Below, piece after piece: positions 18,301 to 28,225 of a stretch of 64,000 nucleotides of DNA (the stretch's first letter is position 1; each line of letters starts with the position of its first letter). Position numbers and translations under genes: made by a program. Under the pieces are notes generated by a model, which was not told where the DNA came from, made no database searches, and saw only the letters and a list, made by a program, of their open reading frames with translations. The stretch covers positions 232,339 to 296,338 of the forward strand of contig JBAYJK010000002.1 in assembly GCA_041665145.1 (NCBI GenBank), in the 5' to 3' direction. Origin of the DNA: Patescibacteria group bacterium (lineage in GTDB: Bacteria > Patescibacteriota > Microgenomatia > UBA1406).

Positions 18301-21300
18301 CCACAAGACAAACTTGATGTTGCCGGCGCCATCAGAGTAACAACCAACACTGCTTTTTCAGCAAATGCCGGAGCAAGGTTTTATCGCCAATCTGATCTCG
18401 GGACGACGATTCAGGGTGTTACGGGCTCGACTAACGATTTTTCTCTTGTTACACCAGCGGGCCAGAGACTCATAGATAATCCAACAGGAACGAATAATTT
18501 AATACTTATACCCGTTGCAGCAGGCAATGTCGGCGTCGGCACCACTAGTCCAGTTGCACAACTAGATTTATACTCGAACGGCGCACGATACATCAGAGCG
18601 AAAAGCACCGTTGCCGACCTTGAAGTTGTCAGCGACAATAGCACAAACCCCTTACTGTATGTAAAAGGAACCGGCACCGCCGATCTCGTGAATATATATG
18701 ATAACACCACAAATGTTTTCACTATTCGTGACGGCGGGAATGTGGGAATTGGAGTAAGCAACCCAAGTTCTTTTAAATTGGAAGTTGCCGGAAATATCGG
18801 ACCTGAGGCACATAACACCCGCAGCCTCGGCTCATCTGCCCGATATTTCTTAAACGGGTACATTTCGAACATCTTCGCCGGTGCAACAGGCGTACAAGGC
18901 TTCTGGCAACGGTATGGACAAGCAGTTTCTCCGGCAAACATAACCGACGATCTGCTTATCGGAAACATCGCTACTCCATCTGCGGCAACAACAAATTACT
19001 TCCAAATATTTGGAACAGGTGCAAATGAAGGTGACGCATCTTCTTCCGGTATCTTGACTCTTGGAACCAATAGAACTTCAGGGATTATTCATACGGAGCG
19101 CATGCTTCCATTGGTGTTGGGAAGTTCAACTACCGGCTCAGTTCAATTGTCACCAAAAGGTACGACGGGATTGTTTGTAGATGGTACGGGAAATGTGGGA
19201 GTGGGAACTGTCTCGCCGATTGGAAAATTACAAATTGTAGGCGATGAAGTCAGAGTCGGAACAGCCGGAACAGTCGATTATGCAGCAGGCGACGGCGACT
19301 TGTACATTCAAGATGTATTAGAAGTTGACGGGACTCTTTTTGGGACAGAAATCAACCGAGGGTTATCAATAACAACGAACTTCGGTCGAGATACAACCGG
19401 ATTAGCCGAAGTACAAGCAGGAGTTACTAATAGTGTCACAGGATATGGGATGTTCACCGTTTATGGAAACGGTACAGGAGCAGCACCGGGACCATACGCA
19501 GACTTCAGCTTTCCTGGAACTACGTACGCCAAAATCGCTACATCAGGAACCACAAGTCTTGCCTTAATGTCAGGCGGCAATGTTGGTATAGGAACAACGA
19601 GTCCGATAACAGCTCTTCATTTTGGTGTCGCAGCAGGAACATTCGCAGCAAGCGGTTTGTCTTTTGGCGACGGTGACACGGGTTTCTATGAAAGTTCGGA
19701 TGATAATTTCATTTTCCGCGCAGCAGGAACTGACAGAATGACGTTCAATGGCGGTTCCGGATTCTGGAATATTCTTGGAACAACGACAGGTGGAGTTGGT
19801 ATACAAGCTGCGGCAGGAAGTGCCACAGTCCCGGTATATGCATTCGGCGATGACAGTAATACCGGTATAGGTCACGCGGGAGCTGACATTCTATCTCTAA
19901 TAGCAGGTGGCACGAATGTATTGAATGTGACTGCAGGAAATGTGGGTATCGGAACTACAAATCCAGCAAGCAACTTACATGTTGCAGTAGCCGGATCTTC
20001 TATTTTAACTCTTGAACGGGTTGATGCATCTGTTTCAGCTAATGATCCTGTCGGAAAACTTCAGTTTTATGCACATGACAGCTCTACGACAACCAATTTC
20101 ATTGTTGCAGACATTGAAGCACAAGCGACAAACACTATTGGCACCGATATCAATCCGGGAAGACTTATTTTCAGAACAACTCCAACAACAATTACAGCAA
20201 CACCAATCGAAAGAATGCGAATAAATGAAGATGGAAATGTGGGTATCGGAATCACAACCCCCGCGGCAAAACTTGACATTAACGGCAATCTTCAGGTTGG
20301 ATCATATGCCTCTGTTTCTGCCGGTCTCGCTGTTGGGTATTCATCTATGGTAACGGGCGGAGGAAATGGTGTGTTCTCAGGTAGGATCGGTATTGGTACC
20401 ACTACCCCAGCCTATCTTCTCGACGTTTCAGGAGGGACAGGAATTGTCGGACGGTTCAGTGGCCGTGTCGTTGGAGGTGAAGCAATAAGCGCAAATGAGT
20501 TTACTACGCTCGGGCAGATAGCCGCCGGTGCGGGCCAATATTGGCAGAGGTTATCCGGAGTTCTCTCCCCAACTTTTATTACCGATGATATGATTGTTGG
20601 ACGGGTTTCTACACCGTCAGCCGCAACGGATAATTACTACCAAATCATTGGATCTGGCACAAACGCGGGAGATGCATCATCTTCCGGAATTTTGACTCTT
20701 GGGACCAATAGGACATCTGGGATTATCCATACCGAACGTATGCTTCCTCTAATTTTAGGAAGCACAACTACCGGATCAATCCAATTGTCACCGAAAGGAC
20801 TTGCCGGATTATTTGTTGATCAGTTTGGAAACGTGGGAATCGGAACAACAAGTCCCGGTGCAACTTTAGATGTTGTAGGTAATCTCCGTGTTACCAATGC
20901 CTCTGTAACACCCTTACAATTCGGACCCGCTACAAATCTGGCAACCGACAATAGCTATATTCTCGTAAACAACCGTGCCCGATTTGGATACAATGGAACT
21001 TCCCAAGCGATTGCTATAGATGATAATGGTTCAAACAAGCACTTTATGATCTCCAATGGAGGAGCAGAAAGAATGCGAATTGACAGCCTTAACGGTAATG
21101 TAGGAATCGGAATAACCAATCCGACAGCCAAACTTCACGTCGCCGGAAACTTGAAAGTTGATTCTTACGCCACTGTCTCCGCTTCTCTTTCAGTTGGAAC
21201 ATTTAACGCTCCTGTAGGACCGGGAAACGCTGTGTTTTCGGGAAACGTGGGAATCGGAACAAGTGCGCCCGCTGCACTTCTCGCCATAGTACCCCCTTCC

Positions 21301-24300
21301 GGAGCAGCAGATGGATTCGGATTACGACTGCACAACGGAGGCGGTGGGAATACCTGGGAACTGAAAGCAGGAAGTCCGGGTATCAATAATAGCTTTTTCA
21401 CTTTGAAGGATATCACCAGTGGTAATACCCGGCTCACGGTTGATAACTCCGGTTATCTCGGTGTTGGAACTACCAGCCCCGGAGCTCTTCTTGATGTTGC
21501 CGGAAACATGAGATCAACTACGGGAACACTGCAGGTCGGCAACACCACAAATGCAGCATACAATAGAATGGGTACGGCCGCTACTGCACAGGGACTAAAT
21601 GCATCAGACGATCTGGTTATCGGGGATGACTTGGAAGTTCAAGGAACAATTTATGGAACTGTTGTCGGAGTTCCTATGGTTGGATTCACCCCAGGATCTA
21701 TCATTTATACCGGTCCAACCGGAGCGCTTGCACAAGATAATCTTAATTTCTTTTGGGACAGCACTAACCAGCGAATGGGACTGGGAACATCAACACCTTC
21801 TGCCCAATTACATCTCAGCAAAAATATCGAATCGCTTGGTGCTTACAATAATCCGCATGGTGGAATCGGTCTGTATCAAAACAGAATCACTCAATCCGAA
21901 GCTATTAATACATGGTCTGCAAACAATGTAACTTTCACCGCAAATTCAGTAGCTGCCCCCAATGGAGAAACGACCGCAGATACCATAACCAGCACTGTCG
22001 CAAACGGTTATGCTTATAACGGCACCACCGGGGGTACGGTCAGCGGTAACACGTATACATTCTCCTTTTGGGCACGAACCGCATCGGGTAATCAAACAAT
22101 GAGGTACAGTATCGCGGAATGCGGATATGATGGCGGCAATCTTACTACCAGCACCGTCACTCCGACGTGGCAGAGATATTCAGTAACCAGAAGCAGTTGG
22201 ACAAACGGAGCCGGAAGCCCGTGCCCGATTATCTATCCCGTCTCGGGCGGGACCGGTTCTATATATGTATGGGGTGCACAAAACGAAACAGGCGTAACTG
22301 TAGCCGGACCGTACGCAAAAACGTCAGGCACAGCAATAACAGGATCCAATGGCATCGTTGCATCAGCTTCAACCGGGAATTCGCTGTTTTATGGAAATGT
22401 TAACATTGCCGGTTATGCAACAGCTTCCGCGTCTCTCGCGGTCGGATACAATGGTGTACTTGGAGGGGTGGGAAATGGCGTATTCAGTGGTAACGTCGGA
22501 ATAGGAACTTCGGCACCTACATCAAAATTACATGTGTACCGGGCGGAAGCAACTGGAACAAACCTCGTGCTTTCAAATATACAAAGTGTACCGGCAAATG
22601 GTGGGGCAAGTGTAATTTCTCGGATATCTGCAGGCGCATACACCAGTGATTTTGAACAAAACAACGGAAGCACGGGTCCATTCAGATATGGCACATATCT
22701 TGATACAAACGTCGTAAATAACTACGTAACAGCAAGTGGTGCATATGGGAATATGAACTTTGTTACTAATGGTGCAATAGCCATGCGCGTCACCGGGGGC
22801 AATGCGGCGGGAAATGTGGGAATCGGAACAACAACCATCGGAAGCAGGTTGCAAGTGAATGGCACAACCGCCCTCGGGTACTCCGCTTCAACCACCGGAC
22901 CGGCAAACGGGCTTGCAGTTTCGGGAAATGTGGGGATCGGAACAACTGCACCCGGACAACTTCTTACTGTTGGTGCTCCGGTAGGAACATACGGAGGTGC
23001 CGGAACAGCATATACCATGGTCAACGGAGCAAATAACACAACTATTAACGGCGGTATGATGAGAATTTTTAGTACCGATACTGCAACTACCGATTTTGGT
23101 GGATCAGTTGCGTTCGGAGGAAATTATTCAGGCACTTCGAATAGCATTGATTTTGCAAGCATTGCCGGAAGGAAACAGGCAAGCATGACCAGCGGTGGTT
23201 ATTTGCAATTTGCCACTCGCGTTGATACCGGAAATATGACTGAAAAGATGCGGATTGCAAGCAATGGTAATGTCGGCATTGGGACAACAAACCCTGCAGC
23301 TAAGCTACAGATAGCAGGCGATTTGAAAGTAGATACGTATGCGACAATATCCGCTTCCCTTTCGGTGGGTACATACAATGCCTATGCCGGACCCGGAAAT
23401 GGTGTTTTCTCAGGAATGGTCGGAATCGGGACATCTGCTCCAACATCAAAATTACACGTAGTCGGAAGTTTGAATGGCAACATTTTTACTGTTAATGATG
23501 GAACATCCGACCTTGTTACCGTCGCCAGTGCGCAAACAACAATCAATAATCCGACTTCATTCACCTCGTCCGGTGATGTGTCTATCGCGTATGACATTAA
23601 TTTCACTAACCCGACTTCTTCATTTATTAAGTCCGCAGCGCCTTTGACTATTGCGTCAGGCGAAACATTTAATTCTTCAGATTTGACATTGAAATCATAT
23701 ATGAACGGCGACATCGTAATGGACGCCGGAACAAGTGGAAGCACCGGTACTATAACTTTTTATGATGCATATGTTAAAGCCGCAACAGTCACCACACCGA
23801 TAGATTTTTCACAGGCCAGTGCTGACATCAATGCATTCCGCACCAATTTTATCTCCAACCAGACGATCATCGGAGCACTTAACTCGTTGGCTGGAGGAAG
23901 CAGTGGTTCGTGGATTTATACTGGCGCATCCAATTACTATTTGTATCCGAATGATTACGCAAACGCCAAGGTGGGAATCGGTAACAGTAACCCGGTAAAC
24001 CGTTTGTCTGTTACCGGTGCTGCTTCCATCGGTTCGGCAGCGTACAATGTTGCTGCGCCGGCAAATGGACTGATTGTCGAAGGTAATGTGGGCATCGGCA
24101 CAACAAATCCAGCGAGTAAGTTGGATATCGATCCCAATTCCAATTCGCTTGGGATTCGTCTACGAGGACTGGCAGAGACTACCGAAATTGCAGATATGTT
24201 TGTCGGAGCAAATGGAAACCTTATTCTAACCACCCGCAACACAGGTGCATCTGCAGCATATGTTGAAATAGATCCTGAGGACGACGGATATGGCTTAGTT

Positions 24301-27300
24301 CTCCGTGATTCAAATATCGGCTCAAGTGTCTACGCTAACATGTTCATGAACGACAGCGCAGGGGTTGACTATTTGAATATTATTACCAATACAACGAATA
24401 GTACGACCGGATTAGTTATACAAGACGGAGGAAATGTCGGCATCGGGACAACAATTCCAACTGAAAAACTCCATGTTGCAGGTACGGTACGAAGTAATTA
24501 TGAGTACACCACATCAGTAACTTTCACGGACGGCTGGGCTATTAATGATTACCAAAATGTCGTGCAGGTAACTCCAGGATCCGCTGGTGCTTCTGGTCTC
24601 TATGAAATTACGATTGATTCTACAAGAAATGGCTTAGCAGAATCATCAACATACCTTTCAGCTATCGATCACGCAAACGGAAACACATGGAGAGAAACAG
24701 GTGTTGTCAATGATAACTCGTATGTTGCGGGTAGTCGTTGTTTCACTGTTGACACTAATGGTAACTCTGGAGCAGCACAACTGAGAGTTCGTGCCTTACG
24801 GGCAAGCGCATCGTGTGGTACTACGGGAAACCTTGTTGTTAACGTAAAAATTCGTTCCATTGGCAGAAATACCGCATGGACTGCGCTAGCCGGCGGAGGA
24901 TCCGGAGCATCGGTTACCGGTTTCCAATCTATGGCGGGTCAATCTTGGAATTTGTACACCGGAAACCCGTATAGCGGTGCAGGAAATCCGGCAATAAGCG
25001 CTAACGCTTCAGGAAACGTCGGCATTGGAACAACCGCTCCTGTTGCAGCGCTGTCTTTAGGTGGCGGCGCAAACACTCTTCCCACCAACACAAAACTCTG
25101 GGTCTCGGGAGCAGCTACCGGACCAGGTTCGGCCATTCAATCACGTATTAGCATCGGCGCCGATACAAATCTTGATTATGGCGCATATATGGCAGAGATA
25201 AATGCTGACGGAGGCGCGGGTCAAATAGCACAATTTGGCACGCGGTCTGGTGGAACAGATTTTGCAACTCTGAATTTGAGACAAGGAAATGTGGGTATCG
25301 GAACAACAAGTCCCGGATCATTGTTGGAATTAAGCAATGCCGTTGCCGATGGTCCTCAATTAATAATTAGAAACACCGGGACAAACGCCACACACGCAGG
25401 ATTGAGAATAAACACCGACAGCACCACAAGCGCCGACTCAAGAACCTGGTTGATGGGAACAAACAATACAGCATACGGCGATCTTGCATTTATTCAAAGT
25501 AACGCAAAAGGTGGCGACCCGATAGCCGCAGGAACAACAAGATTGTATATCGAAAATACGGGCGACATCGGTATCGGAAACACGGCTCCCGCATATAAAT
25601 TAGATGTTACCGGCGACATTCATACGGTAGGTGGAACAACGGGAGTCTTTGTTGCGGGCGGATGTACCGGCGGGTCATGTGGTTACACTCAGGGAGCAGA
25701 ATTATGGAATCATTTTGGTGCTGACGCTTTAAGTTTCGGCCCGGGAATTACCGGCGTTCTTACCAATGCAAGCGATGTATTTATCGGAGATTCTCTCGTA
25801 GTTGGTGGAAGTATGTACGGAAATGCGACAGAAGCAAACTACATTAATATAGCGTCAGCTGGCGTGGGAATGGTGCTCAGAGGCTCTGCTGCAATTGGAG
25901 CAACCGGAGACCCAAGTTCCATGTTTAACGTGGTAACCGGTGCATCAAAGGGTGTGACCATCGGAAATGCAGCCGCTTATACCAGTGTTGCCGGCCCGGC
26001 AAAAGGTATGATTATCGAAGGAAATGTCGGTATCGGTTCCACCAACCCTGCCTCCAAACTCTCTATGAATTACATTACCAACGGCGCAGGCGCTCCGGCA
26101 GGAACCCCCTCTGCTTCAGGAGGAAGTATGGCTACGGGGACATATTATTATGTTGTCACCGTTGTCGGAGCCGACGGGGAAACACAACAATCCGCACAGT
26201 CCGCCGCAAAAGCCGTAACCGGCCCGACCGGTTCGGTTGCATTAAGTTGGACTAACGTTACCGGAGCTGCATATTACAAAGTGTATAGAACTACAACATC
26301 TGGATCGTATGGTGCTACAAGCCTGATTGCCACCGGAACCTGTGCATTTGTTAAAGCAACAAGTTGTACTGACACTGCAGCGAGCACTTCAACCGGCGCA
26401 CCTCCAGCTGCTGCAAATGAGAATGCAAATATGTTTGCGGTTGACAACCTGGGTAATGCCACCACAACCGGAACGTTAACAATAGCTGGCAAGAGTCAAA
26501 CGGGAGGAACTGCACAAATACTCGGATTCGACCAAAAGAATTGGACTCCGATTGAACTCATGGGTGCGTCCGGCTCACGTACAAACACTTCTGTCTGTGT
26601 CAGCTGGTTCGGACAAGGTGGTACTAGCTGCGACGGAAAAATCGACGCCGGAACTGTCGACCCTCCATACACAATCGACGGTGAGAAATTTGCTACATAT
26701 TTGACGGCAATGACCGGCATAAAAGAAGAGACCACCGGAACTGTTGAAGTATCAAGCTACGTGCCGAATGTCGGATATCGCGCGATTGTTGATTTTAAAA
26801 CTGCCGAAAAGGGTTCTGATATATGGTTATTCTCTCAGGTCACGAATTTGGGAGCTAATATGGAAAAAATGATTGTGCTTCTTACTCCATCAAACAACGC
26901 ACGAACATGGTATAGCGTCGACATGAGTAATTACACGCTTACATTCTTCAGTTCCCGACCGACCACCATTTCATATCGCTTGAGCGCTCCACGGTTTGAC
27001 TCGGAAGAATGGGCAAATACCCGAGCTCCAGGTGCAATCGGTACCGGATTTATTATCGACTCGACAAAATATGCGTTGAATTTGAATAACTCAGGCGATC
27101 TCATGGAAGTGAGCACGCGTATTCAACAGACAACAGACGACAATCAACAAACAACGTTTAACCTCGTTGACACTGCAGGAAATATACTCACAGAGGTTGC
27201 AAGCTATGCACAAGCGACCATCGCTAAAATCGAGGTAGGGATAGTTACGACACAACAACTTGTCGTCAAGCAAGGTGCGACATTTCTTTCAGACGTAAAT

Positions 27301-28221
27301 GTATCTGGAACAATCACTGCTAAGAATATTCAATCAGACAACATACTGCAACTGGCATCAGACACTGCAACCCTCACTACCAACTATCAACTACTAACTT
27401 CCAAAGTAAATGATCTTCAAGGAACAATGGATGCAATCGTTTCAAAAGATGTAGCAAGCAGCGAGTATTATATGAGCGTTGATGGATTAACCACTATGAA
27501 TCTGACTGTCCAAGATACCGCAAATCTCAGTAGAGTTATTGCAACAAGTGCTCAAATCGGTTCAATTCAGATAAATGGGAATACCTTGAGCTCAGCTCTT
27601 TCCGATCTTCACTTTAACGCACTCGCTCAAATCACCTTCTTTGATAATGCAGTTACTATAGCCAAAGATGGGACAATAACAACCACAGGAACACTTATTG
27701 CAAAAGGCGGAGTCAAGACAGATACCATAACAACCACAAAGCCAGGAAACGATTTGGTAGTAACGCTCGCGAATGATCAGTCTGCAAGTGACTCGAGCCA
27801 ACTGGTAACCGATAACGGACAACCTAAATTCAAAATACAAAACACTGATGGAACAGACGTCGCCTCTATCGATGCGTCGGGTTCGGCATACTTTGCCGAC
27901 GGCGTCACATTCGATAAAAACATCGCGAGTTCTTCTGCGATAATTGATGCAAATACCGCATGGCAACAGTACGGTGTAGCAACTGCGGCAATCAGAACAA
28001 ATGGTGAATCATCAGGCCAGGCTGTTATACCGGCTGGAACAACGGAATTAACCATTCTTAATACCAAAGTAAAAGGAAATTCGTTAGTATATGTAACAGC
28101 ACTTTCTTCTACGAATAACCAAACCATCTATGTGGAAGCGAAGAAAGAAGGAGCGTGGTTCAAAATCAAGATCGATCAGCCGATCAGTACAGAAGTAACG
28201 TTTAATTGGTGGATATTATAA
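15373..28221 (+). CDS. giant (4282 aa) N-terminally membrane-anchored fibrous surface protein built from tail-fibre-like repeats
   Basis: The N-terminus looks like the second half of a CB/SAM-like domain (VSNYIAALRQSGNSEATIKRKLSSVSKFAQWALQKG). One TM follows (LLATVGTIVLLFGFAVGLY, about nt 15685-15750). I count 24 GNVG(I/V/A)G motifs plus about 9 degenerate ones, each followed by xxP…KL(H/D/Q)V. There are four large internal modules, a CBM-like module (…YVWGAQNE), an FN3-like module (YYYVVT…YYKVYR) and a coiled C-terminal region. Confidence 0.9.
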   Translation: MTENLFSPEKVSNYIAALRQSGNSEATIKRKLSSVSKFAQWALQKGIITSEELKHLESESAKLRSEFAPQQTHVQPQHEPKPFEKAQNLKKFLSPQQYFLVTRRHLLATVGTIVLLFGFAVGLYNQFFSKASINLAYPSSPTRAGRILNFQGFLTDSSATPITAPINMRFRLYDDPSAGTMLYDSGTCSITPDIAGGVVNVMVGTNTPAGYSCGAEIDTDTFTRNTNVYLGVTVGGDPEMGPRQQVANVGYAINSETLQGLPPGTDKSTIPFINQFGNLLIATSTPGIRSTLSSETFQISSANSLTLMSAGAGDITLNATQSGAIKFITANSSGNQIQASDVNLTSGSLYYGYVGNDLGGYNLLQLQSGSVPEDQFTVSSSGQGYFAGNVGVGTTNPSARLHVAGNLKVDSYATVSAGLNVGYSTMLPGGGNGVFSGRVGIGISNPTYLLDVQGGAGVVGQFSGRVIGAGGLNSNEFVTVSQLTAASLWQENSGALSPVHITNDLLIGRIATPSAATHDYFQVFGTGATAGDASSSGILTLGTNRSSGLIHTERMLPLVLGNATTGSVQLSPKGTTGLFVAGNGNVGVGTIDPAASLDVNGLIKVLGTAAGGIQFGTTGQGQIYRNGSSGDLYFTPQAGHNFLVDSGNVGIGTTTPGSPLQVNGSAALGYSAATVGPANGLAVSGNVGIGTTSPAQKLNVVGNIQVEDANNRYIGFANGTGTFYRGMYSSTLTSGFALRLITSASGNTDPFIILGSSAGGVTNAMTVNVLTGNVGIGTTAPTAKLQVVGDLKVDSYATVSAGLAVGYSSVVAGGGNGVFSGRIGIGTSTPAYLLDVSGGTGIVGQFSGRVIGANGINSNEFVTVSQLTANSLWQENLGALSPVHITDDLLIGRIATPSAATQDYFQVFGTGTTAGDASSSGILTLGTNRASGVIGTARMLPLVLGSSTTGSVQLSPKGTTGLFVDGTGNVGAGTSAPQDKLDVAGAIRVTTNTAFSANAGARFYRQSDLGTTIQGVTGSTNDFSLVTPAGQRLIDNPTGTNNLILIPVAAGNVGVGTTSPVAQLDLYSNGARYIRAKSTVADLEVVSDNSTNPLLYVKGTGTADLVNIYDNTTNVFTIRDGGNVGIGVSNPSSFKLEVAGNIGPEAHNTRSLGSSARYFLNGYISNIFAGATGVQGFWQRYGQAVSPANITDDLLIGNIATPSAATTNYFQIFGTGANEGDASSSGILTLGTNRTSGIIHTERMLPLVLGSSTTGSVQLSPKGTTGLFVDGTGNVGVGTVSPIGKLQIVGDEVRVGTAGTVDYAAGDGDLYIQDVLEVDGTLFGTEINRGLSITTNFGRDTTGLAEVQAGVTNSVTGYGMFTVYGNGTGAAPGPYADFSFPGTTYAKIATSGTTSLALMSGGNVGIGTTSPITALHFGVAAGTFAASGLSFGDGDTGFYESSDDNFIFRAAGTDRMTFNGGSGFWNILGTTTGGVGIQAAAGSATVPVYAFGDDSNTGIGHAGADILSLIAGGTNVLNVTAGNVGIGTTNPASNLHVAVAGSSILTLERVDASVSANDPVGKLQFYAHDSSTTTNFIVADIEAQATNTIGTDINPGRLIFRTTPTTITATPIERMRINEDGNVGIGITTPAAKLDINGNLQVGSYASVSAGLAVGYSSMVTGGGNGVFSGRIGIGTTTPAYLLDVSGGTGIVGRFSGRVVGGEAISANEFTTLGQIAAGAGQYWQRLSGVLSPTFITDDMIVGRVSTPSAATDNYYQIIGSGTNAGDASSSGILTLGTNRTSGIIHTERMLPLILGSTTTGSIQLSPKGLAGLFVDQFGNVGIGTTSPGATLDVVGNLRVTNASVTPLQFGPATNLATDNSYILVNNRARFGYNGTSQAIAIDDNGSNKHFMISNGGAERMRIDSLNGNVGIGITNPTAKLHVAGNLKVDSYATVSASLSVGTFNAPVGPGNAVFSGNVGIGTSAPAALLAIVPPSGAADGFGLRLHNGGGGNTWELKAGSPGINNSFFTLKDITSGNTRLTVDNSGYLGVGTTSPGALLDVAGNMRSTTGTLQVGNTTNAAYNRMGTAATAQGLNASDDLVIGDDLEVQGTIYGTVVGVPMVGFTPGSIIYTGPTGALAQDNLNFFWDSTNQRMGLGTSTPSAQLHLSKNIESLGAYNNPHGGIGLYQNRITQSEAINTWSANNVTFTANSVAAPNGETTADTITSTVANGYAYNGTTGGTVSGNTYTFSFWARTASGNQTMRYSIAECGYDGGNLTTSTVTPTWQRYSVTRSSWTNGAGSPCPIIYPVSGGTGSIYVWGAQNETGVTVAGPYAKTSGTAITGSNGIVASASTGNSLFYGNVNIAGYATASASLAVGYNGVLGGVGNGVFSGNVGIGTSAPTSKLHVYRAEATGTNLVLSNIQSVPANGGASVISRISAGAYTSDFEQNNGSTGPFRYGTYLDTNVVNNYVTASGAYGNMNFVTNGAIAMRVTGGNAAGNVGIGTTTIGSRLQVNGTTALGYSASTTGPANGLAVSGNVGIGTTAPGQLLTVGAPVGTYGGAGTAYTMVNGANNTTINGGMMRIFSTDTATTDFGGSVAFGGNYSGTSNSIDFASIAGRKQASMTSGGYLQFATRVDTGNMTEKMRIASNGNVGIGTTNPAAKLQIAGDLKVDTYATISASLSVGTYNAYAGPGNGVFSGMVGIGTSAPTSKLHVVGSLNGNIFTVNDGTSDLVTVASAQTTINNPTSFTSSGDVSIAYDINFTNPTSSFIKSAAPLTIASGETFNSSDLTLKSYMNGDIVMDAGTSGSTGTITFYDAYVKAATVTTPIDFSQASADINAFRTNFISNQTIIGALNSLAGGSSGSWIYTGASNYYLYPNDYANAKVGIGNSNPVNRLSVTGAASIGSAAYNVAAPANGLIVEGNVGIGTTNPASKLDIDPNSNSLGIRLRGLAETTEIADMFVGANGNLILTTRNTGASAAYVEIDPEDDGYGLVLRDSNIGSSVYANMFMNDSAGVDYLNIITNTTNSTTGLVIQDGGNVGIGTTIPTEKLHVAGTVRSNYEYTTSVTFTDGWAINDYQNVVQVTPGSAGASGLYEITIDSTRNGLAESSTYLSAIDHANGNTWRETGVVNDNSYVAGSRCFTVDTNGNSGAAQLRVRALRASASCGTTGNLVVNVKIRSIGRNTAWTALAGGGSGASVTGFQSMAGQSWNLYTGNPYSGAGNPAISANASGNVGIGTTAPVAALSLGGGANTLPTNTKLWVSGAATGPGSAIQSRISIGADTNLDYGAYMAEINADGGAGQIAQFGTRSGGTDFATLNLRQGNVGIGTTSPGSLLELSNAVADGPQLIIRNTGTNATHAGLRINTDSTTSADSRTWLMGTNNTAYGDLAFIQSNAKGGDPIAAGTTRLYIENTGDIGIGNTAPAYKLDVTGDIHTVGGTTGVFVAGGCTGGSCGYTQGAELWNHFGADALSFGPGITGVLTNASDVFIGDSLVVGGSMYGNATEANYINIASAGVGMVLRGSAAIGATGDPSSMFNVVTGASKGVTIGNAAAYTSVAGPAKGMIIEGNVGIGSTNPASKLSMNYITNGAGAPAGTPSASGGSMATGTYYYVVTVVGADGETQQSAQSAAKAVTGPTGSVALSWTNVTGAAYYKVYRTTTSGSYGATSLIATGTCAFVKATSCTDTAASTSTGAPPAAANENANMFAVDNLGNATTTGTLTIAGKSQTGGTAQILGFDQKNWTPIELMGASGSRTNTSVCVSWFGQGGTSCDGKIDAGTVDPPYTIDGEKFATYLTAMTGIKEETTGTVEVSSYVPNVGYRAIVDFKTAEKGSDIWLFSQVTNLGANMEKMIVLLTPSNNARTWYSVDMSNYTLTFFSSRPTTISYRLSAPRFDSEEWANTRAPGAIGTGFIIDSTKYALNLNNSGDLMEVSTRIQQTTDDNQQTTFNLVDTAGNILTEVASYAQATIAKIEVGIVTTQQLVVKQGATFLSDVNVSGTITAKNIQSDNILQLASDTATLTTNYQLLTSKVNDLQGTMDAIVSKDVASSEYYMSVDGLTTMNLTVQDTANLSRVIATSAQIGSIQINGNTLSSALSDLHFNALAQITFFDNAVTIAKDGTITTTGTLIAKGGVKTDTITTTKPGNDLVVTLANDQSASDSSQLVTDNGQPKFKIQNTDGTDVASIDASGSAYFADGVTFDKNIASSSAIIDANTAWQQYGVATAAIRTNGESSGQAVIPAGTTELTILNTKVKGNSLVYVTALSSTNNQTIYVEAKKEGAWFKIKIDQPISTEVTFNWWIL
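16570..17142 (+). repeat. giant-gene internal module, copy 1 (~190 aa)
   Basis: RLHVAGNLKVDSYATVSAGL…SSSGILTLGTNRSSGLIHTERMLPLVLG…LSPKGTTGLFVAGNGNVGVGT. Copy 2 starts 1152 nt downstream. Confidence 0.9.
17722..18294 (+). repeat. giant-gene internal module, copy 2
   Basis: KLQVVGDLKVDSYATVSAGL…LSPKGTTGLFVDGTGNVGAGT. Positions 18205-18293 match 19120-19208 at 87/89 nt by manual alignment. Confidence 0.9.
18901..19209 (+). repeat. giant-gene internal module, copy 3 (C-terminal half only)
   Basis: FWQRYGQAVSPANITDDLLIGNIATPSAAT…SSSGILTLGTNRTSGIIHTERMLPLVLGSSTTGSVQLSPKGTTGLFVDGTGNVGVGT. Confidence 0.9.
20269..20847 (+). repeat. giant-gene internal module, copy 4
   Basis: KLDINGNLQVGSYASVSAGL…SSSGILTLGTNRTSGIIHTERMLPLILGSTTTGSIQLSPKGLAGLFVDQFGNVGIGT. 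Confidence 0.9.
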
Positions 28222-28225
28222 TTCG

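Noticed and set aside
16540-26060. A recurring ~20-23-nt motif (GGAAATGTGGGAATCGGAACAAC and variants) that could mimic a CRISPR array.
   Set aside because: Spacing is irregular (about 100-400 nt). The repeats are degenerate at synonymous positions and lie in one continuous ORF encoding GNVGIGTT. No cas genes are present.
15373-28221. Many minus-strand ORFs inside the giant gene (e.g. 17022..17225, 17541..17846, 18411..18968, 21165..21437, 22413..23039, 23382..23744, 23955..24242, 24939..25136, 26274..26735).
   Set aside because: They repeatedly contain PIPTFP/VPIPT strings, which are simply the reverse-complement reading of the GNVGIGT codons. They are shadow ORFs of a long low-stop repetitive gene.
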